Assembly (NCBI GenBank): GCA_015680685.1
Contig: MNCI01000651.1
Span: 1,789,832 to 1,853,831, forward strand
Direction: 5' to 3'
Length of the DNA stretch: 64,000 bases
Source: Gnetum montanum
Lineage: Eukaryota > Plantae > Gnetophyta
The position numbers and the translations under genes were made by a program. The notes beneath the pieces are model-generated. The model did no database searches. It saw nothing but the letters and a program-made list of their open reading frames with translations, and had not been told where the DNA came from. Of the stretch, positions 52,410 to 64,000 are shown piece by piece. The stretch's first letter is position 1, and every line of letters begins with the position of its first letter.

Positions 52410-52415
52410 GAAAAC

Positions 52416-53971
52416 TATAACAAAAATCCATGTACACAGTCTTAACCACGGATCCGTGTACACAGTCTTAACCATGGATCCATGCGAGAGTCGTGCTAGA
52501 GAAAACAAATCCGCGGTGCCCTGAACAGTCTTGTCGATCAGAAAGGGACTTACTTAACCAGTAGATTAACGAATATCATGATAATATGCATATTATATAG
52601 ATATTCCATGAAAGAATTTGATTCGACGAATTATAGAAGGATGTAGAAATAATGACAATGTCAATGTGACAAGGAGGATCAGATTTAGGAAAGATGCACA
52701 ATTCCAAGATCTATGTTTTGACTCGAAGACTGCGTATATTGTATACAAAGTTCCAATAGCAAACTCCACTTATCTTGTGCAAAGCATACACAAAACAACA
52801 AGAAAACTATTCAAAAAGGAGTATAGAATGAAGCTTGGTCTACCTCATAAGCCAAAGATGGAATGAAAGGAAGGTCAAGCCTGGATCTCTATCGATCAAT
52901 TATTTCTGATCAATAAACCTTGCGAATCGTATCAGATAATCTCTCAATCTTTGATTTGCTCTTTTTTCCTTCGGTAGTCTTTGCTCAAAGCTGCCAATGA
53001 TCGCCAATGAAGAGAACTATATTTCCGCCAAAAGACTGATCACTCCTGCTGCCAATGCTCAAAACAATGTCTTTTGTCTTTGCCCAAAAAAGAGGAAGAT
53101 CCCTTTTTTCTCCACCAACTGGAGTATTTATAGGTTCAGCACTACGTGGAGAAGGCATGGCCCTGATGACAAGTGTCTCAAACTTTCAAAATGCCATTGA
53201 CTTGGCAAATTTTATGTTGAAACTGGTCATGTCGCATCATGTTTTTGGGAAAAGGGGCAAAGTACGCTATCAACTAATCCTGCTAAAGCTGCCTCATGAT
53301 TACGCTGTGATACGCTGATGAGTGTATTGTGCGTATGGATAGCAGGTGCGTGTTTGGTACTGCCTTACGCTATATTACACTTGTTTACGCTGCATAGCAT
53401 GGCAGAGCGTAATAGAACATAAAAGTAGTTGATTCAAGCTATTTTAAGCTCATTTACATTGCAAAGTGTAATAGAGCGTAAACTGGTCAACTTTACAACA
53501 AGTTACACTTGTTTACGCTTCGTAGCATAAGAAGCGTAAAGCGACCAATCTGCGAAAAAGAAGAAATCAATTTGTCGTGCTTCTTTGGACTTTGACTTTG
53601 ACTTCCTCAAAGCTCATTACACTGCTCTACGTAATGGAGCATAAATCCAGCCCTAAACAAAAGACTTAGCGGAATATGCAACAAGTCGTATATCACGCTA
53701 CTTAGATCTTAAACTTCGTCGAATTCGCCGAAGCAAGTTACTTTCTGATATTGGGCTACATTAAGTAGAGTTACGCTGAGCGACATTATGCTATGTTGCA
53801 TAATGTAGCGTAAAGAGAGAAAACAAAGTAAGGTTGGAATTTGTAAGAAACTTGGAGACTTGGTGCTGTGTGCCTCTTTGCCTTGTTCTATCTTCTGGAT
53901 TTCTGTCACAAACTTTTGCCCGAATCGTGAATGTTCGCTCGAGGCCGATTTGCAATTTTCACGGTGTTTCA
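52416..53971 (-). repeat. 5' LTR of the Tat element
   Basis: Direct repeat of 36547-38140, with a small deletion and a tandem duplication of about 26 bp near 52430-52480. Confidence 0.95.
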
Positions 53972-55009
53972 GTAATATCATGGTTAATACCAAAGATGTC
54001 AAATTGCTACTCCTAGTTACTTCTATGTAATGGATGAGACCACGAGTCATGGTGACCTCATGCTATAATATCATAGAATATGATAGAGTCATGATCAATA
54101 GAAACATAAACTAATTTTTCTCCTATAATACCATGAGTTGTAGTTGGCTCATGGTAAAGTAGGAAATGCAGAAATTAATGAAAAATAAGGTCAAAATAGA
54201 GAAATAATAAATTTGGACTAATAGAGAACTGGAAGAGCATGTGAGAAGAAATAATATCAACATAAAATGACTTAGATTTGAGGCCTTGAAATCTCTTATA
54301 GAAGTTGAGATGATCTTTGAGTAATTCAAGCTTAGATCACCACCAATGGGTTTCTAGTTAGCTAAGAAATAATCCTTTAGCTTAAGCTCTTTTGAGACCT
54401 CCACCAATAATAAAACCACCAAGATATAACAATGGAGACTAATCTCCCCATAATATTTCCTTATTCTTGTTTTTCTTGATTAATACAATTAATGATATAC
54501 AATTAAGGTAAGAATAAAATTTATGAAATAATAATGAGATATTCAAATGCAATTAAAATGGCTAAAAAACATAATAAAATTATTAAGACAATGATATGGA
54601 GGCAAATACTTCTTTTTCTAGTATTACAAGCTTCAAAATTACATCAATGGAGTTTTTTCTTACAATGTCTCACCTATAAGGAAATCCCGTACATGAATAA
54701 ATAGGAAAGTGAGGAGGTGATTAGAAATACACTCAACTCTAATGTGGCTGAAAATAATACCCTTAGGATGGGATTAGGTAATGGTTAGGTGAGGGTTAAG
54801 TGATCCATCTTCCATCTCTTTTTTAAATTCAAAATTTTTCCTCCTTTTTAAACTCAAAATAGTATCATTTGAAAGATTACATGAAAATATGGATGCACAT
54901 ATATGACTCATCATAAAATAAGACTAGCTTCTACAATGACATAGAAGAATAAAATGATCATAAGTGAAGCATATAATAGGTTGCAAAAAAATTTCATTCC
55001 CTCATTTAG

Positions 55010-58000
55010 ATTGATATGGGATTCAATTTGATTATGCATATATTTAAAAGTAGAGTCTCCATTTTGTATATTTTCAACCTTTTCATAAGACAATTAGATA
55101 ATTTGTCTTTACCTTAGATGTATCTTGGAGAGATAATTCCATCTTGTACTTCCTCTTTGAAGAAGTAAAATTTAATCTCAATATGGATTAATTTTTTATA
55201 AATTATATGCTCAATTGAGATCATAATGGCTAATGTGCTATCACAATACAATGTAATGATATTCTTAATGGTAAAGTTTAGCTTCTCAAATAATTTCTTG
55301 AGCCATAAAACATGTTTTATATAATCTCTTATAGTCACATATTGAGCTTTAGTACTTGAGAGGCTTACACAATCTTGTCTTTTTTTAACTTCCAATAATT
55401 GAATTATTTTCATGAAAGATGATTGAGCCACTTGTGAATTTTATATCTTCCATGTTATCACCCCAATAAATATCACTAAAAACAAAACATTTCTCATATT
55501 CTTTTGCACAATGAAAATCAATATGAAAAGTGTAAACAAGATATCAAAGGAGATGCTTCAAGGAATTTATATGGCTTTTTCTTAATTTAGTAATAAACCT
55601 ACTCAAATATAAGGTGGCACATTCAATGTTAATTTCTTGTGTGGAAAATAAAACTTTAGTGTGAGAAATCAATGAGAGGGGATACATCATTTTTGAAAAG
55701 TTTGAATGTGAAATGGAGAGTAAGTACATCCTTTAGATCTTTCATATTGTACCTTTTCAACATACTTTGATAAAATTGCTTTCATGGATAGTAATGGATC
55801 CATAATGCCTTTGATCTAGCTAAATCATCAAAAATTATTTCAGCTATTCAAGATCCTTCGTTTCAAATTCATCCTTCATTACTCTTTTGAATTCATCCAT
55901 AAGCTCATTATTGGAGATAACAAAAATAATTTCATCGACATATAAAAAGATAATAATGAAATTCTATCCAATTAAATTATGAAAAATATTAGGCTCAACT
56001 AATCTTGAATTGTATTATTTTCCAATTGAATAATCATTAATCCTCCTAAAACAAGATCTTAAGGCTTACTTCAAACTGTATAATGCTTTATTGAGCTTGC
56101 ATACCTTCTCTTCTTCATATTTCTTAATGAAAAATTAAGGTTGAGTAAAGTAGAATTCTTCCTTGAATTATTCATTTAGGAAGGCTAAGTTAACATCAAT
56201 TTGGTGGACTTTGATATCACCATAAGTAGTAACTGAGACAAGGAGTTTAATTATCTTGAATCTTACAGTTGGTGCAAATATCTCTTCATAGTCTATGTTC
56301 TTATTTTGTTTGAATATTATTGTTACTAACCTTTCTTTTAATTTTTTAAGGTTATATCTTCATTGTATTTTATTTTAAAAATTCATCTTGTGTTAATTAC
56401 CTTTTTCTCCTTGGACTTGTTAACAAGGATCCAAGTTTGATTCTTTTGGATTGCTTCCATTTCCTATTTCATGGCTTGAGTTCATTCAGACTTAAGAGCT
56501 CATGGATGAGGGCAGCATATCCAATATGATTTATTCACATGATTCTTGGAAATCTCCTTCCAAACTCAAAATCAAGAATTTATGAGGGAAGATGCATTAT
56601 GCCAATGCTTGAAGGAACATTGGATGGTTATCCCAACTTATCTTTTCCATTTACTTTATGTGACCTACAACTTATTTTTTCTTTTCAAAGTGCATTATTC
56701 CAAATAAATTTTCATCAAATTTCATATTTCTTGAAAAACTAAATTTTCTCTCAATAGGATTATAAAATTTATAATAGGCTTATCTGTGATCATAGCCTAC
56801 AAATATACATTTCATAGTCTTATCATCTAACTTTCTTGTGAGGGCATCTAAAACATGAGCCTAAAAAAATAAATCAAAGTATTTTTAAATGAGAAATATT
56901 AGGAGCCTTGTCATAAAAAGCTTAATTTTTAGTGATGTATTTAGAAAATGTTTTGAGAAGATATGAGGATATGTGCATGGCTTCTTTCTAGAACGAGTTG
57001 GGAAAGTTTGCTTATCTCAACATGCATCTTACAATGTCTTGCAAGATTCCATTTCTTCTTTCAGCTACTTCATTTGATTATGGTAAATAATCCAATTTTT
57101 TCTTCTCAATTCCACTTTCATTACAATAATGATCAAATGCATCATTTAGAAATTCTTCTTATTACTCTAATAGCTTTGATTTTGAAATTTAATTAATTCT
57201 TCAAAATATTTTTGAAATATTTAAAACTAGAAAATGCCTCATCTTTACATTGCAAAAAATACATCCATGTATATATAGATGAATGAAAAACAATAATAAA
57301 ATACCTTGCATTTTGAGGAAGGATGATTTCATTGGATCCACCAAGTTCATGTAAAGAAGCTCCAAAGATCCTTCCTTCCTTTGCATGTGAGCCTTATGAT
57401 GAGGAACTTGTGCTTTTCATAAGCACATGCTTCATAAACTTCACTTTAAATGAGAAAAAACTTCACACCTACTGATTCTTGAGACTTAATTATTTCAAGA
57501 ATATATTGATAATTTGCATACCCTAATCTTTTATGCTACAATCTTGCAAGAATAATGAATGGATTTTCTACTTGCTAGACTAATACATCATTTTTTGAGA
57601 TATCAACAATGGAAAAAGCATAAATATGATTTTATAACTTCGACATGAAACAAATAACTCCATTATGGTTGTTTAATATATATTCTCTATCACCAAACTT
57701 AACTTTGACATACTTTGATATAATTTTTTCTATGAAAAGTAATGAGGGTAAAAGTAAAGGCACATAGAAAACATCACTTACTTGGATGATGTTACCATCA
57801 TGAAAAGTAAGAGTGCATTATAAAACTCCTTCAATTTAAATGAAGGCTTCATATCCAAATATTATTCTTCCAAATTTACCTCTCCTTAGCTTGGAACATT
57901 TACCTAGATCAAGTATCATATGGTTGAAGTAATCACTATCAAGGATCTATGAGGATGATGAGAGATCCTTGCTACACATGAAGGTTGAATATCTTACTCC

Positions 58001-59040
58001 TCCTTCATCAGCTTACTTACCTTTGTCATTGGCTAATGTGCTAGCAATGGAAGCACAATCATATTGTGATTTTGAAATGTCTTCATTGAGAGATAAGCTT
58101 ACAAAGCCTACCTTGTACTAACAATACTCCTTAATGTGCCCATACTTCATGAAATTTGAACACGACTTGTCTTCTTTTTTAATCTAATTTTATTCTTTTA
58201 TTTACCTACAATGAGATGATTCTCTTCCATCTCTTTTAAATCCTTCTCCTCCTCATTGGATGTTTCTTCCTCTTCCTCCTCTTTGAGAGGGGTTTCCTTG
58301 GAATTGATCTTCTTATGATGGTAGTGAACATTGAGAACTATTCAATCCCTATCTTCATCTACCTATTCTCTTACCTACTCTACCTCTTTGGGATTCATAA
58401 GAATTAATTTCTTGGTTTTTATTTCCTTATACTTCAAGTCATAAAGGGCTCTCATAAGGAAGGAAAGTTCATGAATGATTAGGATTTTGATTTTTTTGTA
58501 CTAATGAAGGTCGAGATGACAAGATTATACTAGGTATGATTGAAGAGAATTTGGATGATTTTTTATACCCTTTTATCTTCACTATAATCAACTTAAAATG
58601 CATATAAGTCCCTAATGATGTTGTACATCATTTTAAAAAAGGAACTAAGGGACCCATATCTTATCATGTGGAAGTTTTCAAATTTAGTCCTTATCTTCAA
58701 TTATTTCACTTGTGTTACCTCACTTGTCCCATGATATTTTTGCATACATACATTCCAAAAAAACATAGAATCTTCATTGGTGATTATTTTGGCATTAATT
58801 ATCTTACTTAAAGAGTTTCAAAAGATCATCTTAGCTAAAGCATTCTTCTTCTTAGCTTTATTTTGATTCCTCACTTGATCTTGGAAGAGGAGAAAGATGT
58901 CAACCTCTTAGAAGCCATTCTCCATAACTTTTAGGCATTCATTAAGCTCAAACAAGCTACTCATCAACGTCCTCTAGTAAGTGAAATCCTTATTTTCATC
59001 AAATATGACATAACACTTAGGTACTTCATTTGATATCTTT
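55010..59040 (-). pseudogene. Copia gag-pol remnant
   Basis: Zn knuckle at about 58120-58170 (C.N..KYGH...C); protease ILDSD.FNHM at about 57920-57950; integrase at about 56750-57450; RT FLYVDEIIF at about 55930; RNase H KKRQDCVSLSSTKAQY...TLYCDSTLAI...HIEIKFYF (55114-55431). Confidence 0.9.
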
Positions 59041-60519
59041 GGACCTCAACAAGGAAGCTTCAATAGTAAATGTCAAAGGTGGGTATATAATAAGATCCAT
59101 TTTAGTAGCATTTAACTTTATTTTAGCTTAAAATGCAATAAAAAATTTAACCACAAATGAAACTAGAAGTGATGGCCAACTCATGGTATTGCAAATCATA
59201 GTTCATGATGAGGTCATGGTTTGCTCATAGTCAGAGGTCACAAGTCATGGTCTACTCATGATATGTCTTAAGATCATTAATAATGTTCATTAGTCATGGT
59301 CCACTCATGATATGTATTGAGACCATTGATAATGATCATTAGTCATGGTGCACTCATTATTGAAGACTATGAGTCATGGAGAGCTTATGGTATAATAATC
59401 ATGAGTCATGATGCAGTCATGGTTACCTAATCACAAGTCATAGTTAAATCATGATTAACATTGGACATGTATAACTACTACTCCTAGTTGTCTCTACATA
59501 ATGGATGAGACCATGTCTTGTGCCAACCTCATGCTATAATAGTAGAACTCTTAGTAGATTTATGATTAGGAGAAATAAAAACTAAATTTTCTCCTACAAT
59601 ACCATAACTCATGGTAAAGTCATGGTATTTCTCTATAAATACCACCAATCATGATTGTCTCATGGTTAGCTTGTGGTGAAGAAAGGAATGTTGAAGTTCA
59701 TGCAACATGAGGTTGGAAAAATGTAGACATGAGTCTAGACTGATGAAGAATCAGAAGGGTAGATAAGAACCAAAAATATTAGTGAAAGATAACTTAGATT
59801 TGAGGCCTTGAAATATCTTCAAGAAGCTAAGATAATATTTGATTAATTTAGGCTTAGATGACCACCAATGAAATCTTAGTTGCCCAAGAAATCCTTCTTT
59901 AGCTTAAGATTCTTTGAGACCCTTACCAACAATAAAATCATCAAGATAAAAAAATGGATAATAATCTTCCCACAATATTTTCTTGTTCATTTTTCTCTTG
60001 ATTGATAAAAATGATGAAATTAAATATAGATGAGAGTGAAATTAATGAAATAAAAATGAGATATTCAAATGAAACTAACATACATGAAACAAAGAAATGA
60101 AATTCTTAAGACAATGATATGTAGAAAAATACTTCTCTTTCTTTTACTACAAGCTTCAAACATACATCAATGTAAGTTTTGCTTAGAATGTCTCATCTTT
60201 GAGGAAAACCTATACATGAATAATTAGGAAAGTGAGGAGGTGCTTGGGAGTACAATCAACTCTAATGTGGCTACAATTGATACCATTATGAGGATATTAG
60301 GTGGTGGTTAGATGAGGGATAGGTTATGCATCATACCTCTTTTTTTCAAATTCAAATTCCCCTCTTCTTTTCAAATTAAAAATTGTGTCAAGTAACACAT
60401 TACATAGAGACATGGACCTAAATATATGACTCATCATAAAATAAGACTAACTTGTACAAAAACATAGAAAAATAAAATGATCATGAGGGAAGCACACATT
60501 AGGCTATAAAAAATTGTTA

Positions 60520-62100
60520 TATTTCTCATAGCTTTAACTCTAACAACTAATATAGTAGATAAAGGCTTCTTCCTCTAAATATGATTATTTGTTTCGTCTA
60601 AATAGTAGTGTGAATTGTTATGTTGACATGGATTTAGTAATGTTCTTGATTTAGATGAAGCTTTTATACTTGAACATTGACTAAAACTAATAGCTTGACT
60701 CTTGTTTAATTGATAAGCCTTTTTATTCAACCTATTTCTTAAATTTTTTGGATGCATAAATAATTAATATCTCACTTTTCTAGTTTAAAGTACTTATATG
60801 GTATATGGGCTTCAATAGGTTTTTTGAAAGGAAATCTTTCCATCCAAATTGAGAATGAACTTAGTGTTAAATCATAACATGAACTTTATTTTGTTGTAAT
60901 GGCATATCCCTTTTTTGAGACTACATGTAAAATGAAGCTCAAAAGCTTGTCTAGATTGAATTTTTCCATATAAATTAAAACATATCATATATCTAAATGT
61001 TGTTGGTTTTTCAATTTAACATATCACGTACTATTTCAACTTTTATTCATAATAGCTTTTACTCTTAACTTTCAATGTTTCTTCAAATTATAATGAAGCA
61101 TATTAGAACAAGCTTCTCTATTTATTTAGATAAATCATGTTACACCTAGATGTCATGCTGGAAAGAAAGCTTTGATAAGGTTTTTATTTTGAAGAAAAAT
61201 CTTCATATTAAACCCTTTTAAAAAATACATGAGCTCTTATCATTTCTATCTTAATTTCTCATAATCTAGAATTTTTTCAAGTGATGTTGAAATATGAGTT
61301 AACAAGTTATTTACATCAAGTTTTTTCACTTTAATTGGTTTAGGAAATATAATTAAGCTTGGTTACACTAATGTGGTATATGTCAAAAGATAGCTTCTTC
61401 AGATGAAAATTTTAATTTACTAAATCCTAAGCTATAATTATTTGCAATAGTCCACCATTAAAAAATAACTTTAAACATGTGTCAAAATTAGTTTAGATGA
61501 AATATTTTCACATAAATAGAAAACATTGATGCACTTGAATATTGACTAGATCAATCCTAAACTAGTGGCATATAAGTCAAGCTTCATTTCTAGATATAAT
61601 AGACTTTATTACCAACATAATAGATGAAAAATTCCATTTGTTTCATTTTCTTTAAATAATATCTTCAACCATATATAATTGTTGAGTTGGCTTCTTCAAT
61701 GGCTTCTGAACTAACGTTTATCATGAATAGAGCTTAATTTTCATACATTATAATTAAAAATTAATATAACCTTGCATTTTTTAGTACTCTTCTTGATTAA
61801 AATGATTCAATGAACATAGAAAGTAACCTTTGAGTTCTATAATAAGCTCTTGAGCTATGATTAACACATTCAAACTAGTCTTTGATAAAGAAAATAAATT
61901 GGGTTAGAAGTCATATAATAACCTTGATGTCATGGAAGAGAAATAAACTGAGTCTAGTTTCCTTTATCTAAATACTACTTCTTCTTGACTCCAAATGTTG
62001 ATCTAGTTTTAAACATCATTTCTCTAAATTATGCTTACTCAGAATTTCCAACTAATGAACTATTTTTTTCTAAGCTAGTCTAAGGTAAAAATAACATTTC
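60520..62100 (-). mobile_element. Highly decayed LINE-like RT remnant
   Basis: Only weak motif traces (IEEA, KV.M.F, YKY); no long ORF. Confidence 0.25.
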
Positions 62101-63266
62101 TCTTAAATTGAATGCATTTTTTTTATTTTAGTACATTCCACTCCTAATTAGTTGATTTAATTTACTTTGCAATAGCTTGAAAATGGTGTTTCAAATTTAC
62201 TTTTAATGTAATTTTTATTTTAGTAATTTTTCCTAGTAATTTAATGCTTGAAAACTTAATGAAACAATTATTTTTGAAAAGTTTTGAAATTAATTTACAC
62301 TTTGAAGCATGAAGCTACATACTATCTATTTTTTTAATAAATACATTAATAAAAAAATGGTCCATGAAAGTGGAAAAATGTAATAATAATAGATAGCAGT
62401 TAACTAATGTTAAGGTCATGATTCTAGAAAAGAAGTTAATGCAAGGAACTACGAGGGTCTAGCATCAATTAATATGTCATTATAACCATATTCTCTAGTA
62501 CTGTATCCTACCTAGTTTGATGAAATCCCATCATTAATTAATATAAAGTTATATATGATGAACATTTTTATGCATTTTTAAACTTTATGAAGATACTTAG
62601 TTGCATTATTATTGGATTTGACATTTTCCTATTAACTATGACTTGTGGATTTACTAACGAAACTAACACCAGAGAATTTGTGGATTGATTGGTAGATAGG
62701 AATCTTAAAGATGACTTAATTTTCCTTCCTAGTGATCATAGTATTAGGCTTCAATTTTGGCACAGCCTAATGTGAATGAGGAGGATGAAGAGGAATCAAT
62801 TGTCCAATTCTTTAGAAAGGTTTGGTCTTTATAATGCTCATGGTTTCCAATAACTTGCACTTAGTTGGACTATTGATATTAGGCAAATAACTAAAACTAA
62901 TAATGAAGTATATCTATGGATGTTTGAAGTATTGAAAGTACACCTAATAAATTTGAACATAGGAAATACTTAGTGTGGTGATGTTACTCTATAATTCCTA
63001 GATTTAATTAATGGTGGTGGAATAAGTTGTTAAGTGCCATAACAAAAGGCTTCAAACTAAGATCCAGAATTATTTAGAATTATACCCAAATGATATATTA
63101 ATGTGTATGAAATAATTCAAAAATTTCTATAATTGATTGAGATTTCTTGGTGTTAGAGATATCACTTGGTATACAAATTCTAAATTATGTTCTATATATA
63201 CATGCTGTATTTGTTATTATCATGATACACTATGATTTATGTTTCTTACACCATGGATACCATGAT

Positions 63267-64000
63267 TGTGACATCCCATTTCTGGATGTCATAAAACATG
63301 TTTGTTTGTTGCTTAGTTCTTCACATTTACTACATTCATAAGCATTATAATGAAAACATCATAAATACTTGATGAATGAATTAACTTATAATGAATAATT
63401 GGTACTCAGAATAGGAAAGAAAATGGAAAAATTTTATTAATAAGAGAGAGTACTGTAACATCCTTTGTGTTATCTTTCCATGCCACTTAAGCCTTAGAGG
63501 CAATCTGGCATTGCCATTAAGATTAGGCTATCTAGTTGAAGGGAGGATTAGTTCCTTCTTGTCTTACTTTACCCAACTCTCATCACTTGCCATTTTCTAG
63601 GCTCTGTAACTCCATGTCAACACAACCTCTAAACCCAACCATAAATGACATAGATCAAACCCATTCTTGAGGGATGCATAAATAATTGTAACCCCTCATA
63701 ATGAGGTACCCCTTTATTTAAAGGTTAATTACATTTTACAATACATTTCTGCTCTTAACAAGGAATGGAATGTTACAATCTATGTCCCTTAAGCATCAGA
63801 CTTGTCCTCAAGCAATTCCTCTACATCCAGTTGTTCAATTGCTGCTTCTTCATAATGCTCCTCAACTTTAGCTTCTTTATTATCCTCATTACCATCTATA
63901 CAAACAAAAGATCAAAAATTATAAAATATAATATATTACATTACTCATAAATACAATTTATCATTCAATATCATGATGATCAAAAAGTTGGGGTAAGTAT
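63267..64000 (-). mobile_element. 3' LTR (63267-63777) and 3' internal end of an element distantly related to 4669-16041; extends beyond the window
   Basis: On the minus strand the LTR reads TGTAACATTCC...ATGACATCC...GGGATGTCACA and is preceded by CTTGAGGACAAG...TAAGGGACATAGAT; the same TAGAT precedes the LTR at 15469. Confidence 0.65.

Larger units (their letters stand above)
36547..53971 (-). mobile_element. Tat-clade Ty3/Gypsy LTR retrotransposon, 17.4 kb, RT-RH-aRH-INT domain order
   Basis: LTRs 36547-38140 and 52416-53971 (about 90% identical), perfect TSD GTAAT, tRNA-Asn PBS, PPT CAAAGAGGGACCAT next to the 3' LTR, additional archaeal-type RNase H domain. Confidence 0.95.
36220..60519 (-). 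mobile_element. Old full-length Ty1/Copia element; 3' LTR interrupted by the Tat element
   Basis: 5' LTR 59071-60519; 3' LTR 36220-36546 plus 53977-54996; TSD TCTTT/TATTT; decayed iMet PBS at about 59056-59068; PPT at 54997-55008; gag-PR-INT-RT-RH order. Confidence 0.85.

Noticed and set aside
52375-52410. tRNA-Asn gene
   Set aside because: Only the 3' part is present, includes the CCA-equivalent, and abuts an LTR, so it is a PBS.

Overview
AT-rich, heavily CpG-deaminated plant intergenic DNA made almost entirely of nested LTR retrotransposons inserted into very old LINE-like sequence. No intact host gene is present, and the species cannot be determined from this window. Left to right: (1) the 5' end of an Athila-like element (-). 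(2) A non-autonomous LTR element (4669-16041, +) with no recognisable gag/pol that carries a 5S rRNA fragment and an intronless CCR4/nocturnin-type EEP nuclease pseudogene; a gag-only Athila-like element (5747-12341) is nested in it. (3) A SIRE-like gag-only Copia element (-) with a 2.9-kb array of 23-bp units in one LTR and a nested solo LTR. (4) A short-LTR gag-only Copia element with another nested solo LTR. (5) An old full-length Copia element (36220-60519, -) whose 3' LTR is split by a 17.4-kb Tat-clade Ty3/Gypsy element (36547-53971, TSD GTAAT). (6) A 3' LTR of a further element at the right edge. The top candidate for a new system is in the Tat element: gag-protease and RT are separated by a predicted phase-compatible 5-kb intron that contains an antisense multi-exon gene with an FCP1/NIF (HAD) phosphatase-like domain, a plant-mobile-domain-like region and a coiled coil. 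The second candidate is the LTR element carrying 5S plus CCR4-like cargo. Identity values are eyeball estimates from hand alignment, and family and domain calls rest on recalled motifs rather than database searches.
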